Assembly: GCA_947455165.1 (NCBI GenBank)
Contig: CANGMP010000004.1
Coordinates: forward strand, 890-64,889
Source: Acidimicrobiaceae bacterium
GTDB taxonomy: Bacteria; Actinomycetota; Acidimicrobiia; Acidimicrobiales; RAAP-2
Length of the DNA: 64,000 bases
Direction of reading: 5' to 3'
The translations under genes and the position numbers were made by a program. Below the pieces are notes generated by a model. That model made no database searches. It saw only the letters and a program-made list of their open reading frames with translations, and was not told the DNA's origin. Of this stretch, positions 37,863 through 47,038 are shown piece after piece (positions within the stretch are counted from its first letter, which is position 1; every line of letters starts with the position of its first letter).

Positions 37863-40800
37863 TGGCCCGCTACGGAGAGCTCCACGCCCACTCGGGTTTT
37901 AGTTTTCTCGACGGGGCGAGTGACCCCGAAGAGCTGGTCGCCGAAGCAGCGCACCTCGGCCTGAGCGGTCTGGCCCTCACTGATCATCACGGTCTCTACG
38001 GTGTTGTTCGCTTTGCCGAGGCGGCTCGCGCCCTCGCCGTTCCCACACTCTTCGGGAGCGAAATAGCGGTTGAGCGTGGCGGTGACCGCGTGGGCACACC
38101 CGACCCCGACGGCGAGCACCTCGTGGTGCTCGCCCGATCACCCGAGGGCTATCGACGACTCTCACGGCTCTTGAGTGATGGCCACCTCCGCCGTGGTGAC
38201 AAGGGCGCCCCACTCTTTCAGTACGAGGAGCTGGCGGCCCACGCGGAGCACTGGATCGTCCTGACGGGATGTCGCAAGGGTCCCATTGCGACGGCGCTCC
38301 ACGAGGCCGGGCCGCGGGCCGCCCACACACGACTCCACCAGTTACGTGACTACTTCGGCGACTCACTCGTCATGGAGCTATGGGACCACGGCCAGGCCCT
38401 CGACACCACGCGTAACGATGCTCTTGCGGCCCTCGCCGTGCGAACGCAGACTGAGCTCGTCGCCACCGGCAACGTCCACTACGCCACGCCGGCCGCCTTT
38501 CGCCGAGCTCAAGTCCTCGCGGCAATCCGTTCTCGTCGCTCGCTCTCACAGATGCAGGGCTGGCTACCGCCGGCCCCCACCGCCTGCCTACGTAGTGACC
38601 AAGAGCAGCGTCGCCGCTTCGCTCGCTGGCCCGGTGTCGTTGATCGAGCCGGGGAGTTGGCCGAATCATTGGCCTTTGACCTTCGACTGGTCACCCCGCA
38701 ACTCCCCACCTTTCCGACCCCACCGGGCCACGACGAACAGAGCTACCTCGAACAGCTCGTAGCCGAGGGAGCGACGCGGCGATACGGGCCGCGTGACGCC
38801 GAACGGGTGCCGGGAGCTTGGCGCCAGATTGATCACGAACTCTCCGTGATTCGCCAACTCGGTTTTGCCGGTTACTTCCTCATCGTGTGGGACATCACGG
38901 AGTTCTGTCGTCGCGAAAACATCTACTGCCAGGGCCGTGGGTCGGCCGCTAATTCAGCCGCCTGCTTTGCCCTCGGTATTACGAACGCTGACGCCGTGCG
39001 ACTCCATCTCTTCTTCGAACGGTTTCTCTCCACGGCCCGCGATGGCCCACCCGATATCGATGTCGATATCGAATCTGGTCGTCGCGAAGAGGTGATTCAG
39101 TACGTCTATCGCCGCTACGGCCGCCACTACGCCGCTCAGGTCGCCAACGTCATTACGTATCGCCCCCGTTCGGCGCGCCGGGATGTCGCTCGAGCCTTCG
39201 GCTACGCCTCACCCGACGCACTGAGTGCCGAGGACGTTGCTCGTGACGGTGCCCTCATTGAAGAGCTCGCGAGTGAACTCCTCGACCGACCGCGCCACTT
39301 GGGCATTCACTCGGCCGGCATGGTGCTGTGCGACCGACCGGTGAGCGAAGTCTGCCCGGTGGAGTGGGGTCGCACCCCCGGACGCTCGGTGCTGCAGTGG
39401 GATAAGGATGACTGCGCCGCAACCGGACTGGTGAAGTTTGACCTCCTCGGCCTCGGCATGCTCGAAGCCCTGCATCGCACCGTTGACCTCGTGGCCGAGT
39501 TTGAAGGGGTCACCCTCGATCTCGGTGAGTTACCGCAGGAAGATGCCGTCTACGACATGCTGTGCGAGGCCGACTCGGTCGGCCTATTTCAGGTCGAGTC
39601 CCGAGCCCAGATGGGCACACTACCTCGCGTTCGCCCCCGCACTTTTTACGACTTGGTTATTGAAGTGGCCCTTATTCGCCCGGGCCCGATTCAGGGCCAA
39701 GCCGTCAACCCCTACATCCGGCGGCGGCGAGGTGAAGAGCCCGTGACCTATCTGCACCCTCGACTGGAGCCAATCCTGGAACGCACGCTCGGCGTGCCAC
39801 TCTTCCAAGAGCAGCTCATGGAGATGGCGGTGGCGGTGGCCGGCTTCTCACCGGCCGAGGCCGATGAGCTGCGTCAGGCCATGGCCGCCAAGCGATCCGA
39901 AGTACGCATGGCCCGTCTGAAGGGTCGCTTCTATGACGGCATGGCTCGCTACGACATCGTGGGCGCCGACGCCGACCGACTGTGGGATGCCCTGTCGGCC
40001 TTTGCCAACTTCGGTTTTCCCGAGTCGCACTCGGTCTCTTTTGCCCACCTCGTTTACTGCTCGGCCTGGCTGAAGCTGCACTACCCGGCGGCCTTTCTCG
40101 CCTCGCTCTTGAACTCCCAGCCCCTGGGCTTTTGGTCGCCCCAGAGTCTCGTGAGTGACGCGCAACGCCACGGGGTTCGCATCCTGCGACCGAGCGTTCA
40201 ACGCTCGGGTGCGCTGGCCACGCTGGAAGACGGCGAGGATGGTCGAGCGGCCGTGCGACTCGGGCTCGCCGGCGTGCGGGGACTCAGTGAATCGGTGGCC
40301 GAGCGCATCGCGTCCGGTGCCCCGTGGCGAAGTTCTGAAGACCTCGTGCGCCGGGCCGGTCTGCGCCAGGCCCACCTCGAAGCGCTGGCGGCGGCCGGTG
40401 CGCTCGATGAGTTCGGTGGATCGCGCCGCTCCCTGCTCTGGCAGGCCGGGGCCGCGGCGCAGTCGACCGCCGATCGACTCCCGGGGGTCGTCACCGGCAG
40501 CGAGGCGCCGTTCCTAGCGCCGGCGACGGAGATGGAGCGACTGGCCGACGACATGTGGGCCCTCGGGTTGACGGCCGACGCAACGGCCATGGAACTGTGT
40601 CGCGACGATCTCACGCGCCGTGGTGTCACGCTGGCCGCCACACTCTCGAGCGTCGAGGCGAACCGAGTTCTCGTCTGCGGCGTCGTGACCCACCGACAAC
40701 ACCCCGAGACGGCCAACGGTGCCGTCTTTTTAAACCTGGAGGACGAGAGTGGTCATGTCAACGTGATCTTTTCCAAGGGTGCGTGGTTGCGGTGGGAGAG

Positions 40801-40936
40801 CGTGGCGCGCTCGCATCCCATCTTGCTCATCCGAGGCACGCTGCAACGCGGTCAGGGAGTAGTGGCGCTGAACGCCGAATACGTTGAGGTCTACGACGTG
40901 GCCGTGGCGACGCCGGCCTCGCGAGACTTTCGCTAG
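37862..40936 (+). CDS. dnaE2: Error-prone DNA polymerase DnaE2
   Basis: YGELHAHSGFSFLDGAS PHP domain, GRGSAANS, PDIDVD, KFDLLGLG, FQEQ, GFPESH, C-terminal SRDFR; TGATG coupling. Confidence 0.96.
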   Translation: MARYGELHAHSGFSFLDGASDPEELVAEAAHLGLSGLALTDHHGLYGVVRFAEAARALAVPTLFGSEIAVERGGDRVGTPDPDGEHLVVLARSPEGYRRLSRLLSDGHLRRGDKGAPLFQYEELAAHAEHWIVLTGCRKGPIATALHEAGPRAAHTRLHQLRDYFGDSLVMELWDHGQALDTTRNDALAALAVRTQTELVATGNVHYATPAAFRRAQVLAAIRSRRSLSQMQGWLPPAPTACLRSDQEQRRRFARWPGVVDRAGELAESLAFDLRLVTPQLPTFPTPPGHDEQSYLEQLVAEGATRRYGPRDAERVPGAWRQIDHELSVIRQLGFAGYFLIVWDITEFCRRENIYCQGRGSAANSAACFALGITNADAVRLHLFFERFLSTARDGPPDIDVDIESGRREEVIQYVYRRYGRHYAAQVANVITYRPRSARRDVARAFGYASPDALSAEDVARDGALIEELASELLDRPRHLGIHSAGMVLCDRPVSEVCPVEWGRTPGRSVLQWDKDDCAATGLVKFDLLGLGMLEALHRTVDLVAEFEGVTLDLGELPQEDAVYDMLCEADSVGLFQVESRAQMGTLPRVRPRTFYDLVIEVALIRPGPIQGQAVNPYIRRRRGEEPVTYLHPRLEPILERTLGVPLFQEQLMEMAVAVAGFSPAEADELRQAMAAKRSEVRMARLKGRFYDGMARYDIVGADADRLWDALSAFANFGFPESHSVSFAHLVYCSAWLKLHYPAAFLASLLNSQPLGFWSPQSLVSDAQRHGVRILRPSVQRSGALATLEDGEDGRAAVRLGLAGVRGLSESVAERIASGAPWRSSEDLVRRAGLRQAHLEALAAAGALDEFGGSRRSLLWQAGAAAQSTADRLPGVVTGSEAPFLAPATEMERLADDMWALGLTADATAMELCRDDLTRRGVTLAATLSSVEANRVLVCGVVTHRQHPETANGAVFLNLEDESGHVNVIFSKGAWLRWESVARSHPILLIRGTLQRGQGVVALNAEYVEVYDVAVATPASRDFR

Positions 40937-41373
40937 CGCGCGATGACTTCGTCGAGCTGACTGGCAATCAGGGCGCGATCTTCGTCGCCCTCGATGGCCG
41001 CGACGAGACTCTGCGCCTTGGCGACCCACTCAATCGTTTCGGCTTCGTGACCGGCGTCGCTGTAGGCGCGGGCCACACCCTCGGCCACGCTGGCCACGAG
41101 CCAGTCGGGAAGATCGGGGGAAAGCCCAGCTTGGGCGCGCAGGGCGAAGCGAATGGCGAGGTCGCCGAGACCGGCCGCTCCGGCGGCCCGAGCGACCATC
41201 CAGTCCGACAGAATCCACTGCTGGAGCTCACCGGCTTCGAGCCAGTGGTAGCGCGAGGTAAAGGCGACGGTCAAGAGTTCGGTGTGGTGCTCGACCGTGG
41301 GTGAAGCGGTCTCGAGGAGGTCCCAGCAACGATTGAAGGTAGCAACGGCGAGTGCGCGGTGATCAGTTGACAT
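40933..41373 (-). CDS. Conserved helical hypothetical protein
   Basis: Coherent ORF (FNRCWDLLE...SRYHW) with a TAGCCT-N7-ATG start; fills the gap between flanking genes. Confidence 0.7.
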   Translation of the reverse strand: MSTDHRALAVATFNRCWDLLETASPTVEHHTELLTVAFTSRYHWLEAGELQQWILSDWMVARAAGAAGLGDLAIRFALRAQAGLSPDLPDWLVASVAEGVARAYSDAGHEAETIEWVAKAQSLVAAIEGDEDRALIASQLDEVIAR

Positions 41374-41453
41374 GCCACCAAGGCTAGAACACCGAAAAAT
41401 CTCCGCGGCCCGGTGAACTAGCGCGACCTCCGCATTCGTTCTATGGTGACACT

Positions 41454-42230
41454 ATGTCCCGCACCCGCGTACTTTCACTGGTCATTGGCGTCGTGGCCCT
41501 CGTGGGCACCACGACCGGCATCGTCTTGGCCGAAGCCGACTCCAATCCCGGCAACTCACCGCTCGCCCTGCACGGCAAGACCCCCACGACCGCGGCCCTC
41601 ACCATGTCTATGGGTAGTGGCGACGGCGTCGCCATTACCGGCGACATGAACGTCGACTTTGTTCACGGTCGCGTTGACGGCACTATCAACATTCCCGTGG
41701 CCATCGTTATGGCTCGACTCAACATTCGCGCCGTCAATGGCAAGGTCTACCTCGGTTCCTCCGCATTTCGCTCAATGGCCAAAGCCGATTGGCTCAGTGC
41801 GTCGATGGGCAAGATTGACCTCACCGGCTTGGCCCTCGAAATGGCCAAGCCCGAATTTGATCTGCTCCAGCAGGGACTCGGCCAGCCGACTATCACCCAC
41901 GAGGGCGACATCACCGTGCGGACCTACGACCCAAACATTCCGGCTCTGGCAACCTCAGGACTCAGCGGTCTCGCGAACCAGCCAACGCTGGAGTTCCGCA
42001 CTGGCCCCGAGGGTCAGGTGGAGAGTTTGACGGTGACGACCGGCGTCGGCAAGAACGCCTACACCTTGACGCTGAGCGTGGCGAGTTACAACAATCCCGT
42101 CACGATTACCGCGCCGAAGCCCAGCACCGTAAAGCCATTGACCTCCGATGTGCTCGGCCAAGTCAGCGCAAGCAACCCACTGCTCAAGCAACTCTTGAGC
42201 AGTGCAACCGGTCTCACCACCAGCCTCTAG
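41454..42230 (+). CDS. Exported/membrane-anchored protein, possibly LppX/LprAFG-like fold
   Basis: N-terminal hydrophobic segment; beta-rich; C-terminal YNNPVTITAP; no Cys. Confidence 0.55.
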   Translation: MSRTRVLSLVIGVVALVGTTTGIVLAEADSNPGNSPLALHGKTPTTAALTMSMGSGDGVAITGDMNVDFVHGRVDGTINIPVAIVMARLNIRAVNGKVYLGSSAFRSMAKADWLSASMGKIDLTGLALEMAKPEFDLLQQGLGQPTITHEGDITVRTYDPNIPALATSGLSGLANQPTLEFRTGPEGQVESLTVTTGVGKNAYTLTLSVASYNNPVTITAPKPSTVKPLTSDVLGQVSASNPLLKQLLSSATGLTTSL

Positions 42231-42262
42231 GCGTGGTTGGTGCGACGCTGAGCGTCGACGGC

Positions 42263-43681
42263 TTAGAGCAGGTGGAGTGACTCGGTGAGCACTTCGCGCA
42301 GCGTGCCGACAATCCAGTCGATTTCGTTGCGACCCACAATCAGCGGGGGAGCGAATTGAACGACGGGGTCTCCTCGGTCGTCACTACGACAGATGAGCCC
42401 ACGACGGAAGAGTTCAGGCGTCAGGTGGCCACGGAGGAGGAACTCGGCTTCGTCGCCGATGAAGGTCTCCTTGGTGTCCTGGTTCTTCACGAGCTCAACG
42501 CCGTAGAAGTAGCCGGTACCGCGAACGTCACCCACAATGGGAATGTCCTTCAGTGATTCGAGGGCCGTACGGAAGTAGTCCGTGTTGTTCTGAACATTCT
42601 CGAGCACCTTTTCGTTCTCGATGATCTCAATAGCCTTGAGCGCCACGGCGCACGACGCCGGGTGACCGGCCCACGTGAAACCGTGCAAGAAGGACTCGTT
42701 GCCGTGCAGGAACGGTTCGGCGATACGGTCCGAAACAATCATCGCGCCGAGGGGGGCGTAGCCCGCGGTGAGGCCCTTGGCCGAGACGATGATGTCGGGA
42801 ACAAAGTCGTACTTTTGTCCGCCGAACCAGGTGCCAAGACGTCCGTAGGCGCAGATCACCTCGTCCGAGACGAGCAGCACGCCGTAGCGGTCACAGATCT
42901 CACGAACCTTCTGTAGGTATCCCGGTGGGGGGGTCAGGCAGCCACCAGCGTTTTGCACCGGTTCAATAAAGACGGCCGCCACCGTGTCGGCACCTTCGCG
43001 CAAGATGGCCTCTTCGACTTGCTGGGCACTCCACGCGCCGAAGGCCTCGGGGTCGTTTTGGTGAACCGTCGTGCGATACATGTTGGTGTTGGGAATCTTG
43101 ATGGCGCCCGGCACGAGTGGTTCAAACGGCGTGCGGTAGCCCTGAACGCTGGTGATAGTCAAAGCACCCATCGTCGTGCCGTGGTACGCGATGTCGCGGC
43201 TAATCACCTTGTAGCGGTCAGTGTCTCCGCGCATGCGGTGGTACTGGCGGGCGAGCTTCCAGGCGCTCTCGGTACCTTCGGCACCACCGGTGGTGAAAAA
43301 GACTCGGTTGAGATCGCCCGGGGCGAGCGAGGCCAACTTCTCGGCCAGTTCAATGGCGCGAGGGTGGGCGTAGGTCCAGAGTGGAAAGTATTCCAACTCT
43401 TCGAGTTGCTTGGCACTGGCGGCGGCGATGTCGCGGCGACCATGTCCCAGAGAAGAAGTAAAGAGCCCCGAAAGTCCGTCGAAGTAGCGGTTTCCTTGTG
43501 CGTCAAAGACGTACGCACCTTCTCCCCGTACAAAGACGGGGATGTCTGATGCCTCCGAATACGAACCCATCCGAGAGAAGTGCATCCACAGATGCCGGCG
43601 GGCCCGCTCGGAGAGCGTATGGCTCTCGTGCTCGGGATTGGCGACGGTTATGCCGTCGGTAACGAGGTCGTGCAGTGTCAT
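42263..43681 (-). CDS. Class III PLP aminotransferase (putrescine/omega-amine:pyruvate type)
   Basis: HLWMHF, DGLSGLF, AYHGTT, EPVQNAGG, DEVICAYGRLG, AKGLTAGYAPLG, HGFTWAGHP; ATG overlaps the Lrp stop (ATGA). Confidence 0.9.
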   Translation of the reverse strand: MTLHDLVTDGITVANPEHESHTLSERARRHLWMHFSRMGSYSEASDIPVFVRGEGAYVFDAQGNRYFDGLSGLFTSSLGHGRRDIAAASAKQLEELEYFPLWTYAHPRAIELAEKLASLAPGDLNRVFFTTGGAEGTESAWKLARQYHRMRGDTDRYKVISRDIAYHGTTMGALTITSVQGYRTPFEPLVPGAIKIPNTNMYRTTVHQNDPEAFGAWSAQQVEEAILREGADTVAAVFIEPVQNAGGCLTPPPGYLQKVREICDRYGVLLVSDEVICAYGRLGTWFGGQKYDFVPDIIVSAKGLTAGYAPLGAMIVSDRIAEPFLHGNESFLHGFTWAGHPASCAVALKAIEIIENEKVLENVQNNTDYFRTALESLKDIPIVGDVRGTGYFYGVELVKNQDTKETFIGDEAEFLLRGHLTPELFRRGLICRSDDRGDPVVQFAPPLIVGRNEIDWIVGTLREVLTESLHLL

Positions 43682-44199
43682 TTGGTTCCCCATGCGTAGG
43701 TTTGCTTGGCCAGTTTCAGGTAGAGGAAGGTCTCAACTTCCGTTACGCCCGGAATGCTTCGAATCGAATCGTTCAGCAAGTGAACGAGTGCGTTGTCATC
43801 AACGGCGATGACCTCCGCGATGATGTCGAAGCTGCCCGCGGTCATAACGACGTAGTTGGCCTCCTCAATTGAGGCAATCTTGTCGGCCACCGTGCGCACG
43901 TCACCCTGGACGCGCACGCCAATCAACGCCTCTCGGCCGTAGCCGAGCTGGAGAGGATCGGTGATGGCCACAATCTGCATCACACCCGCGTCGCGGAGAC
44001 GTTGCACTCGTCGACGTACGGCGGCCTCTGAGAGCCCGACGTCCTCGGCGATTGCCCCGTAGGGACGACGACCATCACGCTGCAAGAGTTCGACGATGCG
44101 ACGGTCCACGGTGTCGAGGCCATTGGTCGAGGAGGCGACATCGACTCCTGATGGCTTCGGGACCTTCTTGGGTCCTTTTTCGGGTACACGTCCTGGCAT
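43678..44199 (-). CDS. Lrp/AsnC family transcriptional regulator
   Basis: LDTVDRRIVELLQRDGRRPY..IA..VGLSEAAVRRRVQRL, AGSFD; start uncertain. Confidence 0.9.
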   Translation of the reverse strand: MPGRVPEKGPKKVPKPSGVDVASSTNGLDTVDRRIVELLQRDGRRPYGAIAEDVGLSEAAVRRRVQRLRDAGVMQIVAITDPLQLGYGREALIGVRVQGDVRTVADKIASIEEANYVVMTAGSFDIIAEVIAVDDNALVHLLNDSIRSIPGVTEVETFLYLKLAKQTYAWGTK

Positions 44200-44392
44200 T
44201 TTTTGAACCTTTGCTCGGTGGTCGTCTCCGACTCCGTGGCTACGGATATCGTCACTGTAGCCCATTTCGGTACTCAATTAGGCGTCATATGCCCCTGGGC
44301 CTGCGAATATCTTCACAAGAAGTTGCATATGCCCCGGTATTTCTGGCAAAGTGACGGGGTGGCACACCGTCGTGCCCGAGGAGAGGAGTCTC

Positions 44393-45820
44393 ATGCGCCG
44401 TCTGTCGAACTACATCGGAGGCGCCCTCGTGGCTCCCACTTCGGGTATCTACGTCGAACTGCTCAACCCGGCCACTGGCCAGCCATTTGCCGAGATGCCT
44501 GTCTCCTCGGCCACCGATGTCGACGCCGCGGTTCGGGCCGCCGAGGGGGCCTTTGTTTTGTGGCGCCAGACCACCCCGTCGCAACGCGCTCACTATCTCC
44601 TGCGAATCGCCGACGCTCTTGAAGCTCGCGCTGCTGAGCTCGTGGCCGTTGAGGCCGAGAACTGCGGCAAGGTCATAGCCGTAACGACCAGCGAAGAGAT
44701 TCCACCGATGATCGACCAGATCCGCTTCTTCGCCGGCGCGGCTCGCATGCTCGAGGGTCGGGGCGCGACCGAGTACATGGCCGGTCACACGAGCTACGTT
44801 CGTCGCGAACCAATTGGCGTCTGTGGCGCCGTGACCCCGTGGAACTACCCGATGATGATGGCCGTGTGGAAGTGGGCCCCAGCGCTCGCTGCCGGTAACA
44901 CGATGGTTTTGAAGCCGGCCGACACGACACCGGCCTCCACGCTGCTCATGGCCGAGATCATGGGCGAGATTCTTCCTCCCGGCGTCTTCAACGTCGTCTG
45001 CGGTGACCGCAACACCGGTCGCGCCCTCGTCGAGCACCCGGTGCCGGCGATGGTCTCGGTGACCGGATCGGTTCGAGCCGGCATGGAAGTGGCAAGCTCG
45101 GCCTCGTCATCTCTCAAGCGTGTCCACCTCGAGCTCGGTGGCAAGGCTCCCGTCGTGGTCTTTGACGACGTGGACGTCGAGGCAGCCGCGGCCGCCATTG
45201 CGATGGCCGGCTTCTTTAATGCCGGTCAGGACTGCACCGCCGCGACCCGCGTCCTCGTCGGCCCCAAGGTGCACGGTGACTTTCTCGATGCTCTCGCGGC
45301 GCAAGCGAAGAACACGGTGATTGGCATGCCCGAAAATGACGATGCCCTGTTTGGTCCCGTGAATAACGTGGCCCAGTTCGACAAGGTCAAAGGTTTCTTG
45401 TCCCGCAAGCCGGGCCATGCCTCCTTTGCCGCCGGTGGCACTGCGGTCGGTGACGCCGGTTACTTCATCGCTCCGACGGTGGTGGCCGGCCTGAACCAGG
45501 CTGATGAAATGATTCAGAGCGAAATCTTTGGACCGGTCATCACGGTTCAACAGTTCAGCGACGAGGCCGAAGCGCTGCAGTGGGCCAACGGTGTCGAGTA
45601 CGGACTGGCCAGTTCGGTCTGGACTCGCGACCACGGCCGGGCGATGCGCTTTGCGCGAGACCTCGACTTTGGGTGCGTCTGGATCAACACCCACATTCCT
45701 CTCGTGGCTGAAATGCCCCACGGTGGTTTTAAGAAGTCGGGCTACGGCAAGGACCTCTCGGCCTACGGCTTCGAGGACTACACGCGCGTCAAGCACGTGA
45801 TGCACAACATTGAGTTTTAA
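44393..45820 (+). CDS. Gamma-aminobutyraldehyde dehydrogenase
   Basis: [56 protein letters not shown]; GAGGAG RBS. Confidence 0.9.
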   Translation: MRRLSNYIGGALVAPTSGIYVELLNPATGQPFAEMPVSSATDVDAAVRAAEGAFVLWRQTTPSQRAHYLLRIADALEARAAELVAVEAENCGKVIAVTTSEEIPPMIDQIRFFAGAARMLEGRGATEYMAGHTSYVRREPIGVCGAVTPWNYPMMMAVWKWAPALAAGNTMVLKPADTTPASTLLMAEIMGEILPPGVFNVVCGDRNTGRALVEHPVPAMVSVTGSVRAGMEVASSASSSLKRVHLELGGKAPVVVFDDVDVEAAAAAIAMAGFFNAGQDCTAATRVLVGPKVHGDFLDALAAQAKNTVIGMPENDDALFGPVNNVAQFDKVKGFLSRKPGHASFAAGGTAVGDAGYFIAPTVVAGLNQADEMIQSEIFGPVITVQQFSDEAEALQWANGVEYGLASSVWTRDHGRAMRFARDLDFGCVWINTHIPLVAEMPHGGFKKSGYGKDLSAYGFEDYTRVKHVMHNIEF

Positions 45821-45852
45821 ATTTAAGTCTCCAAATAGAAAGTTGATCAACG

Positions 45853-46971
45853 ATGATCATCGGCGTCCCCAGCGAAGTTAAGACTGACGAATACCGCGTC
45901 GCCATCACCCCGGCCGGTGTCCGCGAGTTAGTGGCCGAAGGCCATCGTGTTCTCATCGAACGGGGCGCCGGCCTCGGCTCGTCGATTCGCGACGCTGACT
46001 TCGTCGCGACCGGAGCTGAGATGCTCGACAATGCCGACGACGTGTGGGCCAGTGCCGATCTGGTCCTCAAGGTCAAAGAGCCGGTCGAGCCCGAGTTCGC
46101 TCGCCTGAAGGCCCGTGATAATCAAGTCCTCTTTACGTACCTCCACCTCGCGGCCAGTCGCTCCTGCACCGACGCCCTCGTCGATGCCGGCAACGTGGCC
46201 ATTGCGTACGAGACCGTCCGCACGCCCGATAACGCCCTGCCACTGCTGACGCCGATGAGTGAAGTCGCTGGTCGTATGGCACCGTTCATGGGTGCGCACC
46301 ACTTGATGCGGGCCGGCGGTGGTCGAGGCATGTTGATCTCGGGCGTACCCGGCGTTGCGGCGGCCAACGTCGTCGTGCTCGGTGCCGGTGTCGCCGGTAT
46401 GGCCGCGGCCACGCTGGCCGTGGGCATGCACGCCAACGTTCACATCTTTGACAAGAACTTGGAGCGCCTCCGTCAGGTCGACCACCACTTCCGTGGTGAT
46501 GTTGAGACCGTTGCCAGTTCGGCGCACGCCATTGAAGAGGCCTGCCTGCTGGCCGACATTGTGATCGGTGCCGTGTTGGTCGTCGGCGCCAAGGCGCCGA
46601 AACTGGTTCCCGATGATCTCGTGAGTCGGATGCGTCCCGGTTCGGTACTCGTCGATATCTCCGTCGACCAAGGTGGCTGCTTTGAGGCGACCCGACCAAC
46701 GACCCACTCCAACCCCGTCTTCGAACACAACGGCTGCATCTTTTACTGCGTCGCGAATATGCCCGGTGGCGTACCCCACACCTCGACCCACGCGCTCTCG
46801 AATGCGACCATGCCCTACGTCATGGACCTGGCTCGCCACGGCTGGCGTGACGCCGTGCGTCGTGACGGGGCGCTCCGCGAAGGAGTGAACGTGGCCAACG
46901 GCCAGATCACCTATGGTCCAGTGGCCGAGGCTCACGGTCTAACGTCAGTTGCAATCGACTCTTTGCTTTAG
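45853..46971 (+). CDS. ald: Alanine dehydrogenase
   Basis: IGVPSEVK..EYRVA, KVKEP, FTYLHLAA, PMSEVAGR, VDISVDQGGC, YCVANMPG. Confidence 0.96.
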   Translation: MIIGVPSEVKTDEYRVAITPAGVRELVAEGHRVLIERGAGLGSSIRDADFVATGAEMLDNADDVWASADLVLKVKEPVEPEFARLKARDNQVLFTYLHLAASRSCTDALVDAGNVAIAYETVRTPDNALPLLTPMSEVAGRMAPFMGAHHLMRAGGGRGMLISGVPGVAAANVVVLGAGVAGMAAATLAVGMHANVHIFDKNLERLRQVDHHFRGDVETVASSAHAIEEACLLADIVIGAVLVVGAKAPKLVPDDLVSRMRPGSVLVDISVDQGGCFEATRPTTHSNPVFEHNGCIFYCVANMPGGVPHTSTHALSNATMPYVMDLARHGWRDAVRRDGALREGVNVANGQITYGPVAEAHGLTSVAIDSLL

Positions 46972-47038
46972 ATGGTCGAGGTGGAAGCCTCGACCCATAG
47001 CGTTAAAGGGATTCACGATCTCGAAATGAGAAAACTTC

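Noticed and set aside
46974-46995. GGTCGAGG/CCTCGACC hairpin after ald as a terminator
   Set aside because: Only an 8-bp stem with no U-tract; plausible but not supportable
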